Positions 12,531 through 26,100 of a DNA stretch of 64,000 nt are shown in pieces; position 1 is the stretch's first letter, and each line of letters starts with the position of its first letter. Position numbers and translations under genes: made by a program. Under the pieces are notes generated by a model that worked only from the letters and a program-made list of their open reading frames with translations, had not been told where the DNA came from and did no database searches. Origin of the DNA: Mizuhopecten yessoensis (Eukaryota); NCBI RefSeq assembly GCF_002113885.1, contig NW_018479891.1, positions 1 to 64,000 on the forward strand. The letters run 5' to 3'.

Positions 12531-15500
12531 GGAGATGTGGAACAAGAACAAGAGTTATCATAAGGTCATCTAAGTCCAGCTGTTTTAGCGTATGCTTGTT
12601 GTAAGATTGGAAGCAATGTGTTGAGAACAATCGCAAGAAATGTAGTTTCGTGACCATCCGTACGAATACGCTTAAATAGTCGAATTGGTGCCACATCATC
12701 AGAAATGTTAGGGAGTCTCCAGGCTAGTTTCGTTATATCATTAGGAACATTTTTAGCAACGTTGTAATCGGTTCGTCTGTTGGTTTGTCGGTGTCCATGA
12801 CTACGCTTAATGTAAACAGAATAACAGATAACAAATATTCTTAAAAGATGTTTTTTGTTTGCCTTGTTTTTTGTTTTGTTAGTGTCTGTGATAAAAACAA
12901 TACAATACTTGAACTCTCAGTTAACAACGCTGTCCCCTCAGTACCACATGTGGTTCGACTCTGATAACACTTCTTTCGTTTAAAAATAGATATGCTGATT
13001 TAGAGGCTTTCATTATTATAGCTATGTCTCTAACGTATGTCAAAAAACATGAAAAAGGAGACATATCGCAGTTGGCTCTAAAAAGTTATTGCCGGAAACA
13101 CCTAGCGACTATGGAGAATACCACAGGTTATTTTACAGATATATTTTTAAAAGTATAACCTTGTGAAGATAACACTACCCGGACGTGTTGTCTGATAACT
13201 CCTACGCATAACATTGTAGCCGTAATTAAAATGTTACAATCTTTCTGAGAAAAACTAACAGTGTGTGTAAAAATTGAAAACAAATCAGATGTTTGTACTA
13301 AATATAAAGTCATTAATGTTACTGACTACTTATTTACTTTACATGTTTTTGTTGATTTACATACAAAATGTTTCAAAGTCTCTATCTCAGTCAGTAACGT
13401 TTTATCGTAAAGTTGTATTGTTTTTGGTGGAAACGGGAATACTTACCTGTATGGATAATTCCTCTCTTCGTTATACGCTTCAGACAATGTGCTAATCAAC
13501 CTTGTTTAGTAAAATTGATATTTATATTCCAACTTTACAAAAGCTGGTTATCCTGTAAAATTGCGCTCATATAATAAAACAATGTCATTTATAACGTTTT
13601 CATAAACAATTGAATCTTTTTCAATCGAAAAATAATATATTGTAAATTAATCTTCGAATTAATCAAAATCATGAAGGTAATCTAAATAAATGAATAAATC
13701 TGAAAAAAGCGTTAAAATCAGTCTCTGTTAAATGAGAATAATTTTCAGTGAAATATTTATTCTCTTCAGTGCAATGCCCACTCCGATGGATCACAGGTAG
13801 TCAAAACGCCAAATACAATTTCGGCTCCTGCCGAGCCGCTAAATACTAGATACGCCGGGATTTAATAGGGCCAAAAGTTATTCAAACATTTTACTTCTTT
13901 ATAAACTGGTGTTCGTTTGACAGAACTATCTGTACTTATAACTTATCGCGTTAATGATTTTTCTAAAAATAATCGTTTACGCGATCACAATAAGCAACCA
14001 TCGAAATGATAAAGGACGCCATTTCAAGATTCTTGAAAAAATGAACTTGAACATATCATATGATTAAATTATTTTATAAAACTTAAAATCTCCCTACATT
14101 GTTTGCAACTTCTATCACAAACACAAATATGATATTTTTTCTTTAAATAACAACGTAAAAATATTTGTTAGCCAACTGGTACGATTACATAAGAAATGTA
14201 CTTAAGTTTTCTACTTCGTCTTGGCGATAACAAAATCTTAGATACTTTCAGTTGAATAATGAAATTCTTTAAGCTGAATAACAAAGAAATTTATAATTGT
14301 TGAAGATATCTAGTTTATTTAAATTCATACTTACAAGCATTGAACTTTTAAAGTTTTCATAAACAAAACATTTTATCAACATTATACCAGGGTCAGTGTA
14401 ACGTTCGGACCTTTATCTCAAATAACATAGTCCTTGAGCAATTTAAAGGGGTGAATGGAGTGTAGCGTAAGGAACCCTGGGCGAAATTGCTAATGACATG
14501 GCCGAAAAACGATACACATTCATAGGCACCAAGTGCAATGTCAATTACAATTGCTTTCATACAGACCATATAGTCAAATAAAATTAAAAAAATAATGTCG
14601 TAAGGTAACATGTTCTTAGTTTTAATTGATATTCATCGCACGTAGGACATTGTATATACAGATCGTAGCTGTGATACATCATTCATGAAGGTGACCCCGG
14701 TAACCTTTATACAATTTTAATGTTAGTACGTATTGCAAATCATATTATCGATTCTTTCTCACAAGAATGTTACCTGATGATTTTAGCCTGCGAGATGAAT
14801 GTTTAACAATCTATAACCCGCTGTGGCACAGGCACGGGTCGTAATGGTATTCACTCAGCAGGAATAGAATATATTGCATATAGTTTATCCTCTGGTAAGT
14901 ATAGTTGAACATCGAGTAATGATACACGATGTATATCTCATTATAATTATAAAATGCATATAGCTTTCAGAATGAAAATTGCATTTTGGTACACACAATA
15001 TTTACATCGAAGAAGCATATATACGAATCATCAAACATCTTCCGACAACTTGTTAGAAGTAAGCAGCTTTAAAACTCCTCGATTTTTTTTATCGTAATAC
15101 CTTATTTAATCATTTTAAATATTGTTATACGAACATACATATTGAATGTGGTGATTCACAGATTTATAGAAACAGAAACAGTATAATTGTGTCAGCCACG
15201 TGTACTATATATGATGTCATGCCGCGTCAATGAAATCTTCACGGTCTGTAAATATTTAACTTCCATGTAATATCGATCAGAGGTCCTGAGCTTGTTATGA
15301 TGTAGCCATGCACCATGCTGCCCCGATTAGCAGCAGTGTTTGTACCAGGTGTGATGGCTCAGGCCAAAGATGGGGTAGTAACACTAGACACCCCCTGAGA
15401 ATGGACACGGTGCACACACAGATGGCAGCATTCGAATTATAACACCAAAGGATACAAGCTGACAATGCCGAGGGTATAAACAGTTGTCTAATAATTTCGC

Positions 15501-16304
15501 TTTGAATGGTTCATGTACCTGGGATTGCTTGATTCTACAAATAATGTCAAAGTGTACTTACATTGCTTAAATGAAAGAAAAAACTCGGCGAATAAGGTAA
15601 GATCGAACTCTACTAGGTCAGTGGTAACTTAACCTTGACATGAACCGAAATGTCAGCTCGGTATATGAGTATAGTAACAATCAATCCATTAATACCACAG
15701 GGACTCCCTGTGAGTACAGCCTATAGATAGATCTATTACTTATTCAGACCGTTCAAACTGACACTAGGTAATCTCGATATTACTTGCATTGATGGTACAA
15801 CGAAATTAACTTGTCTCTTTTATATAATACTTGTCTAGTTTCCACAATACCGGTTACCGGTTCCATAGAGAAGCGGGTGAACCTAGTAACCTTTAGAATA
15901 CACACGTACTCCATTGGGGGCATTATTCCTTAACCTATAACAATACTCAAATAATTTATCCGTTTTATCATTGTCGACCACGCTGCAAATGTTGTCACTT
16001 TTCCGTATATTTGGGCAGGTCAACATAGAGGACACCTGCTAGTGGTTTGAATTCGTTTTAAATATTGATGCTTACGTTTGACACATTACCTACATTAGCA
16101 CGTACTGTATTGATGAATAAAGCGTGGATGTTTTGTTATATTAAAGTACCTGTGTATATTCACTCCAAAACCACAAACAATCCACTCTCTAAAACCGACC
16201 CATAATACCATAGATATTTAATACCAATGTAGTGCAAATAGCCCCTTACCATTAGCATTGAAATATTACAGTACATACGGTACACAATACAGGATATGGG
16301 GGTC

Positions 16305-18590
16305 AGCATGTCCCAGCATACGAGACAACACAAGATCAGACAGCCAGCAAGTCTTAGCATACGTGACAACACAAGATTAGTCAGTCAGCCAGTCTTAACA
16401 TTCGAGACAACACAAAATTAGAAGGCAAGCCTTAACATACGAGACAACACATGATCAGTAAGCCAGCAAGTCTTAGCATACCAGGCAACACAAGATTAGA
16501 TAGACAGCAAGTCTTAGCATACGTGACAACACAAGATTAGTCAGTCAGCCAGTCTTAACTTTCGAGACAACACACAATTAGTAGGCAAGCCTTAGCATAC
16601 GAGACAACACATGATCAGTAAGCCAGCAAGTCTTAGCATACCAGGCAACACAAGATTAGACAGACAGCAAGTCTTAGCATACGTGACAACACACGATTAG
16701 TCAGTCAGCAAGTTTTAACATACGAGACAACCAAAGATCAGACAGTCAGCAAGTTTTAACATACGTGACAACACAAGATTAGTCAGTCAGCAAGTTTTAA
16801 CATACGAGACAACCAAAGATAAGACAGTCAGCAGGTCTTAGCACACCATACAACACAAAATTAGTAAGCAAGTCTTAGCATACGAGACAACACAAAATTA
16901 GTAAGCAAGTCTTAGCATACGTGACAACACGTGACCAGTAAGCCAGCAAGTCTTAGCATACGTGACAACACACGATTAGTCAGTCAGCATGTCTTAACAT
17001 ACAAGACAACACATGATCAGTAAGCAAGTCTTAGCATACGAGACAACAAATGATCAGTAAGCAAGTCTTAGCATACGAGACAACAAATGATCAGTAAGCA
17101 AGTCTTAGCATACGAGACAACACATGAACAGTAAGCAAGTCTTAGCATACCAGACAACACATGATCAGTAAGCAAGTCTTAGCATGCGAGACAACACATG
17201 ATCAGTAAGCAAGTCTTAGCATGCGAGACAACACATGATCAGTAAGCAAGTCTTAGCATACGCGACACCCCATGATCAGTAAGCAAGTCTTAGCATACGA
17301 GACAACACATGATCAGTAAGAAAGTCTTAGCATACGAGACAACACATGATCAGTAAGCAGGTCTTAGCATACGAGACAACACATGATCAGTAGGCAAGTC
17401 TTAGCATACGAGACAACACATGATCAGTAAGAAAGTCTTAGCATACGAGACAACACATGATCAGTAAGAAAGTCTTAGCATACGAGACAACACATGATCA
17501 GTAGGCAAGTCTTAGCATACGAGACAACACATGATCAGTAGGCAAGTCTTAGCATACGAGACAACACATGATCATTAAGCAAAAGTCGGCATACGAGACA
17601 ACACATGATCAGTAAGCAAGTCTCAGCATACGAGACAACACATGATCAGTAAGCAAGTCTTAGCATGCGAGACAACACATGATCAGTAAGCAAGTCTTAG
17701 CATGCGAGACAACACATGATCAGTAAGCAAGTCTTAGCATACTAGACAACACATGATCAGTAAGCAAGTCTTAGCATGCGAGACAACACATGATCAGTAA
17801 GCAAGTCTTAGCATACTAGACAACACATGATCAGTAAGCAAGTCTTAGCATACCAGACAGCACATGATCAGTAAGCAAGTCTTAGCATACCAGACAACTC
17901 AAGATTAGAAAGTCAGCATGTCTTAGCATACGAGACAACACATGATCAGTAAGAAAGTCTTAGGATACGAGACAACACATGATCAGTAGGCAAGTCTTAG
18001 CATACGAGACAACACATGATCAGTAAGAAAGTCTTAGCATACCAGACAACTCAAGATTAGAAAGTCAGCATGTCTTAGCATACGAGACAACACATGATCA
18101 GTAAGAAAGTCTTAGCATACCAGACAACTCAAGATTAGAAAGTCAGCATGTCTTAGCATACGAGACAACACATGATCAGTAAGCAGGTCTTAGCATACGA
18201 GACAACACATGATCAGTAGGCAAGTCTTAGCATACGAGACAACACATGATCAGTAAGCAAGTCTCAGCATACGAGACAACACATGATCAGTAAGCAAGTC
18301 TTAGCATACCAGACAACACATGATCAGTAAGCAAGTCTTAGCATACCAGACAACTCAAGATTAGAAAGTCAGCATGTCTTAGCATACGAGATGACATAAG
18401 ATCAGTCAGTCAACAGGTCTTAGCACACCAGACATTGCAAGATCAGTCAGTCAGCAGTTCTAAGCATACCAGACAACGCAAGATCAGCTAGTCAGCAGGT
18501 CTTAACACACCAGACAATACAAGATTAGTCAGTCAGAGAGTCTTAGCATACTAGACAACGCAAGATCACCCAGCAAGTCTAAGCATACGA
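16305..18590 (+). repeat. 37/41-bp minisatellite (agtaagcaagtcttagcatacgagacaacacatgatc), about 60 copies
   Basis: 37-bp units in the centre; longer, more diverged units at both edges. Confidence 0.95.
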
Positions 18591-19792
18591 GCTGTATAGA
18601 TACTAATGTTGTGATTTACTCGTTTTGATACACAGAACATATTCATTCTGTTAAGGTCAAAGTTCAGTGTCTGGCTCACTAAAGCGATTTCTTTGGATGT
18701 GAAGGACCACGTAAGGCTCTTGTAACTCGGATTTAATCTAGCATTCGCTACAAGACTGTTAACATGTTCTAGTGTTTATTTATAGACATGTATGGTAAGT
18801 GCACGTGATCACCTCGATGAGAGAGTAAACAAATGCGAGATCAATACAGCGCTTTCCATAACTGCCCCTAACGAATGTTTCGGGGATCAAGATGATGCTT
18901 TACATCGTACGTCAAGCAAACCAATTTTCGGTATGAGTCCATTATATAGTATATTATGTTTTAGCCATGCATTACCAATTATATGCGAAGAAGGCAGTAG
19001 TGAGATGACTAATTATTTTGTAATGAGACGTACACTACGCAGCGTAAGCTTGCAGTACAGAGAGGTTCGTACAAAGAACGCGTGCATGTACAATAACATG
19101 TCTGACTGTATTTTAGAAAAATAAAAATCGATTGTTTAAAGCATAAAAATCGACAGATTCGCTCTCCAAACAAACCCCTTTTAGGACACTACTTATCCCA
19201 GCAGACCTTCACTGACGGTTCGGGTTAATTATATCTACCTTCCTACAAAGCCATATGTTATTTATTTCCTACAGATGTCAAGATTCTGCAGTTTTACCCT
19301 CACAACCTACTCCGAACAAATTAAGGAGATATTCAGTATTCTAGTTCCAGTGCCTAGCTGGGTGGGTGATTTAAATCTCTATGCCTTCTTATCGGTATCG
19401 AGAACAGTTGGATTCCAGTAAGAGAGAGGTTTTAAAATGAAGAAAAATGTTCTTGTCTAGCGGAATCGTGTGTTTGGTGACTGTGGCACGTATAGAATAG
19501 AGGCTCGATCGATTGTGTCGTAACTTAGTGGTATATATATTGACAGAGCATGCCTGCTGTTCAAGCCTCCTGATTGTTTGAACACAATTTTCTCCATTCA
19601 TCTTTTTCATTCCTTGTTATTACATGTTATCTTCGGGTCCTATTTCTGTCCTGATCGTATACGCCTTCTGGTAATAAAAATGGATTTTTAGATTACTTGC
19701 TCCCTGTCTTAGTTCTGTGGCGATATCTTGTGTATATTTATGACATTTCAAAACTATTTCCTGTTACAGGGTATTTTTTCTTTATTTTGTAG

Positions 19793-20076
19793 ATTCGATA
19801 CTTCGCCTACAGACCAATTGATTGAACAGAGAGAGTTTGTTGATTTGTCTGTATGGATCCTGCCGGTTTGTGATCAATAGAGGATTATCTGATCCATTTA
19901 ATCGTTCGTAATGGGCTTGATTGACCTAGCAAGTACGATCGTCTTCTGTTGGAACTGACATCGCAAACATACAATACATTACGTTTTCCTGGTATGGCAC
20001 TTATCCGAGTCCGACGACAGCTAGACCGGAATTGATCTCACTAACTTCTTCGACTAAGCTACTTCCGGTTCCGGTG
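19793..20076 (+). other. Putative 5' UTR part of the ATG-containing ChAT exon
   Basis: Strong acceptor ttttttctttattttgtag| ending at 19792. An alternative cctgttacag ends at 19769. Confidence 0.45.
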
Positions 20077-20157
20077 ATGGCGACGGGTCACGTCAAAGAG
20101 TACATCAAGAGGGTGGCATCTATTGACCAAGAAATCTATCCAAAATGGGATTTAATG
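20077..20157 (+). CDS. ChAT: ChAT coding exon 1 ([27 protein letters not shown])
   Basis: ATG in strong context (gtgATGg). Donor ATG|gtatgt, phase 0, joins in frame to KPLPKLPVP. In-frame upstream stop at 19927. The N-terminus is not a conserved motif, so this exon is less certain. Confidence 0.75.
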
Positions 20158-23100
20158 GTATGTGACATTTAACTGATTCATTCACCACTGACTGTAGAAC
20201 AAAGTTTTCTTTTTCATAGAAGAGATATATTTTAAGGTATTTCCCCGAAGCACGTTCAAGTGTAGGAAATTGTTGTGGACTCATATGTTTTCCTCAGAAT
20301 AAAGAGGAATGGAAGCAGTTAAGTGATAAGTATTTTAAAAGTGTTAACTGTGACCAATGCTGAAACTGTTTGTTAATGATTATTGTCAGTAAAATAACAT
20401 TTAATCACAGGATTTGTGTTCACACCCACAGCCTGAGATATTATAAAAACAAACGGAATAATAACCATACAAATGTACTCCACAAGTATCCCTGTAGTAG
20501 TAAGTGTCAAGAACACTGGAAGAAAATGCATCAAATGACAGGAATCAAGTAGACAAAAAACTAATATATACACAAAATTGCCTCCATCCATTCATATTTT
20601 TTTAAGGAAAATGTATGAGCCCACACTCATTCTACATTGACATTAAAATTTCAGTTGATACTTCCATCATGTTAAACTTTTGCCGCTTAGTCAGATAGAG
20701 TAGAAAAACGTCCTCAAAAACTATGTACTAAGCTCGCCACTTCAAGTATTCGTCTGATGGTCCCCCACCCACCTGTTTGTTAGTGTTCTATTGTCACTCC
20801 GACGCCTTGTGGGATAGTATACACTTGCTTTAAAATGCATAGGTTACAAATCCTCGCAAGTACATTGAGACTTAGTCGATCTATATTATTCGTTACTGAA
20901 TCGGTTTTTTCCATCTGTCTGAGTACTAGAAATGTATGTTTATATACTTATCTGAGATACATCTTTCATAGCCTAGATTCTTGTTAGTACTTTCTCTAAT
21001 GGGTTTTACTTCTCTGGAGAAAGTATTTGAACTGCCAGACAGTTTCAAGTCGCCGAGTATCCAAGACTGAATTATTCATGATTGCAACCGAATATCTGCT
21101 TAAGTACGAAAAAGGAACATTGTTATAGTATAAGGCTGAATGATGTGAGATTACCTAAAACTGTATCACGACGAAGTGTCTATATGTCGTTTATAAAACA
21201 AACCGATATTCTATGGAGTTCTGTGGCCACCACTTTTGAAGTGATCGAAATGTATGCCGTATGTAACGAGTTATTTGTTGTTCCTTAACTTTTCTTGTTT
21301 ATTTGTTTTTATTCGGCATTTAAGGAAAGCTAGGGCCGTTTTAAACAGAAGGGTCATGAGAGGATTACATTTATATGATATTTTATTAACGAAGAATCAT
21401 TAAGGCTTTTGTTTTGGCTTTCCAAGTTGTATTGTATTAAATAGTATACACACAATATAATGCTTATGTATCACTCAATGTTTAACTATGAACGCATTTA
21501 TTTAACAAATAAGAAAATTTGATCCATCCAATTGGTTGGAGTTGTAAGATTAAACAGCGACGCTAAAATCAAATATCATCAATAACTTAGACAAGGTCGC
21601 AGTATTAAGCTCCGTGGTATCCCTGCCTCCCAACTAGAAATCGCCGGAGGTACCAACATAGCGTAATATCATAATAAAGTGAAGGAGACTCTTATTAATT
21701 AGCTACATAACATTTCACGCATACATTGGATAGGTAACCCGTATGTTGTTTACACACGACCTCCGGAACGGACGTGTAATTACTGCACTAGCACATTAAT
21801 AGGTAATCACTGTCACTTGATACCCGTCAATCCATCACTGTGCTAGTCCCACAGGAGTCGGTATCCCTTACACCTGTGTCGAGTGGTGATAGCACCGAAC
21901 CCTGTGACCTTTAGTACCCGGGGTTTCACAGGTCCATTGGAGTCCCACATCACCTATCTATTGGCATTGGTGCTAAGCATGACGCCATCTGCCGTCTGGT
22001 ACCCTGTCCTCGTGTTTGTAAGCACAGTAATAACGCCATTACGTCCGTGCCACGTAATTTCCTATCTATCTCATTAAGTGCAGATACCTGTATGACGGTC
22101 ACACAGGTGTAGGTGCAACTCTTGCATAAGTTTGCAGAACCTGGTGCATTAGAATTGATACTCGAACGTTTGTTTACTGAATTTGGGTTTCAGTTTCAAA
22201 GACTACTTACTAGTGCAGTAACGTACTTTTACTCTGTATGTCAATGTCGCTTATAAACACTGAAACCTTTATATAAGTGTGTTTGGGTATATTGTGGAAT
22301 GGACTAATAGTTCTGAGTGCAATCTGGGGCATTGCTGTGGTTACATAGGATATACCGTTCTCTTACCCTGCATAGGTGTATCAACACCTTACCCGGTTTG
22401 AGACATCCATGTATCCTCCTAGCGTTGTGGCGGGGGATTCCCTGTCAAAAAGCATTATATGGCGTTACGTCAACAATACAATGACGTCACGTCAACAATG
22501 CATTGAGCCCGTAACGTCAATGTTGCATTGGGTATATTGCAGAGTCAACTGGTAAAAGAAAAATAATCAGTCACCCACCCCCTTGAGGTGAAAGGGAGAG
22601 TCTCAACCCTTGGGGAAATGTTCTTAATTTGCCAAACACTTGACAAGCCTGGTGTGTTTCATCCATAATATCGATATTCATTTATGAAATATATTTTTAT
22701 AGTAATTTTATGGTTTGCTTGTTATTCCTGTTGCTTAAAATTGGTCAAAAAAAATCCTTTGAATTTCGTAACAGTCTTAACAAACATGTGCACATATCGA
22801 AATATCATCTTGCTGCTGTCAGATGTGACTAAAATCTTTGTTCCATTTTTTATCAGAACAACATGTCAAGATTAATTAACGTTCATCACATAATTCGTCT
22901 TGAAACATTAGATGCCGATACTTAATCATATAGGGGAAAGAGCGAATCTAAATTTTGATTAATTTCAGACTGAACCCATTATTTTGCGCCCGATGCAACA
23001 TAAGGAGGCGATTAACTTAGAAACAATTTAATGTCATTTAAACCCTGGTTAGTTCGTGCTGCATCTCGATCAATTATGAAAAAAAACTTACTGCAGCAAG

Positions 23101-26100
23101 GTGCATGTGATAGCCCTGGTATAGAAGTAGTTCTAATAGGTTACCAAGCCAATACCACATGATGCATTCAAGCAGCTGATAGAGTCTGGTATTATAAGTT
23201 TATCAACTGTTATATTAATCTTGGTGGTTATTTTTGTACTAATTAGGGAGGGGGTGGATCCTAGGGAATAAAGTTAAAACCAAAGCTTCCACAGTCATGA
23301 CGCAAGAAATATGATTCTGTAATCAGAAAACAATCCCTAATTGTTCGGTCATGTTCATGTTTTATTTTGTCTCTACGCTTTATTTGTGCAGGGATTTGCT
23401 ATCATCTGTTAATACATCATCGACTATCTATTCAGACAAAAACCATCAGAAATCGAAATATCTTTTACACGGAAATGTTTGTACAAAAAGACACACAGTC
23501 GGAGTAATTTTCACACTATAGCAAATAATGAAATGTATTCGTAAGGGGTTTTAAAGACCACTTCTATGGTCTTTTTACTTAAAACACACTACCATAAAGC
23601 TATTTCATTTCTATAAAATAGATGACTTCAATGCTCAATGACTCAATGCTCGTAAAATGACATGGAGTAAGATGTTTACAAAAATATCGATTCGGTCGTC
23701 TGCATGTTAATAAGTCACAAGGTCGCTTATTGTACAAAGTCACTATCGCTCAAACATCATAATATGGACAGGATTGTTTCAAGAGTACTTTGAACGAGTT
23801 TTAGACCGTTTTATGCATTGAAACTGTTTCACTGACATTTTATCAAAATACCGTGGAAGCAGTCCAGCCCTCTTTTTTCTCAATCTGTGTCGAGGATTTC
23901 TGCATATTATAACTTGTCATATGAGTTTTTTTTATAATTATAAAATTAAATTTTCCCTGGTAAAACAAATATATACCAATAATTCGGAAAGAGACAATAA
24001 GTTATGGTGCCTAGAAAATATTAATTCTTTACCCATGATATTCATCTCATGTAAAAACATCTTAATCTGATAACAATGGAAGAACACTGGTAGCATTAAG
24101 TGCCTTTGACGCGCCACAAACACTACCGTAACATTGTGTCAAGTCCGGTGTAAAGGTCCGACGTCTACGCTGGGAGAGAGTTGACCTTTACAGTCAGTGA
24201 CAGTGTATCGTTTTATGTGCCGTTTTGAAGACATACTGACAAATAAGCATAAAAATGTGGTATTGCCATTAAAAATCAAAGATTTTAGGATGAGCGAGCA
24301 ATTAATATGGACGATCGGAACACAGAGTTACAAATGTGACGAATTGTTACGTATATTTTTAAACATGCATATCTATGTGTGCTGTGACCAATATCAGTAT
24401 AGTATATGTTTATTTCAGACATTTATAACGAACTTCTGTGAACGGAAACTTTGTAAAATATATTATGTGCTAATTGTTAATACTGTAAAAGCATAATATT
24501 TCGTTTGGGGATTTAATTTCGTTTATTTCGTGGTTTTATAAAAACCACGAAATATAATCCCAACAAAATTTTAAGCACACGAAATATAAAACAAACGAAA
24601 ATATGAAATAAACTATTAATGTAATAATTAATGCTCATACCATGTACCCCAACAGGGTAATATATATACAAGAGTGACTGGGCTATCCGTACCGACAAAT
24701 TATAGATCCCCCATACCTGCACATCTACTTATAATACACTGTACATAATTTAATATGCATATCTGAACTGTTCAAATTTGTTCATAACATTTAGATATTA
24801 AGTCTTGATAAACGGCGTAATTATCATCACAGGCACAGAGGTTAACACGTATAACAATAGCGTGTCAATCAAGCGTTATATTTGTAACACAGTTAATTCG
24901 CTCTTTGTATGTACATTGTAAATCATAGAGCATGACGGACTCGACCGATACCCATCGAGTGAGCTTATTTCGCCCGTTCCTACCTGTACCTCACAAGTCG
25001 CGCGGTGAAATCAACTTATATAGAAATATTTACACAAAAAAAACACTAAATATTCCCTTTTTAATAATTATCAAATATTCTTTTCAACGAAGAGAGTGTA
25101 TAATGTAAACAAAGCAGTCGTCGTCAGTTGTTTACGACATTGTTTCGGTGTCCGACAAATGCTGTCAGGACGGTAGCCCCGTTTTTGACACTTTTTTAAC
25201 GGAGACACGAGGAAATAAACTTCTAATGCAATAGAGAAACTATTGCTGAAATGATTGAAAACACACGTCTTTTTTCTGGAGTAATATTGTCATTGATTTT
25301 CTCAAATTATGTGTCAAGGTAACCGTGAATATTAATATGAAAGGCCTGCTCGTTTTCTTATCAGAATGTGTGTTATACACTCTCGGTAGGCCTAATTATT
25401 TCCATTTTAGATAGCTATAAACTACCACACAGGTTTTAGACTAAATCATATGACCATCGGGCGATGGTCTTTCTATTATTTTCCACTGACTGGGGTGAAG
25501 CGAGGACTTATTAATTTTTTGGGTTTGACACCTTGACGATAAGACAATATGTCCGGCTAACCGTAGTCTACATCGCCCGAGGTTATCAACTACGGTTAGG
25601 CGGACATATTGTCTTATCGTCAAGGTGTCAAACCCAAAAAATTAATAAGTCATTGCTAAGTTTTGCATATGTGTACTTATATCATGGAGAGAATCAATTG
25701 CAATATCAGTATATGTATGCAAGATTTCAAACTTTGATGATAATCCATTTAGAAATTGTTGGCACAAACATTGCTAACCTATTCATACAAGTGCAAACCA
25801 CTTTTAACAGTGAAAAGTTCAGCAACAAACTCATGACTGTAAAGTATGCTAGCTTGAATAACATATTACTCTGTCATAAGTTTTTATTGATTGTTATTCT
25901 TTCAACCACCATTCCTTTATTTGTCCAGACAACAAAATCAGCCCAGTAAAGTTTTGACACAGCCATTTGTCCCATGACTTGATACAGTAGTACATGTAAT
26001 ATTGGTGTTAGTTTAGAAATAATTCACTATCAATGTTGAGCTCACAACATTTATTGCACATTCTGTAGGTTTGTTATGCCATTTGTCAGAGGTTTTGCCA

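Noticed and set aside
22606-22616. Additional COE-like sites (ACCCTTGGGG; CCCCCTGGGG near 50663 and 50802)
   Set aside because: They are imperfect matches lying in probable or definite mobile-element sequence.
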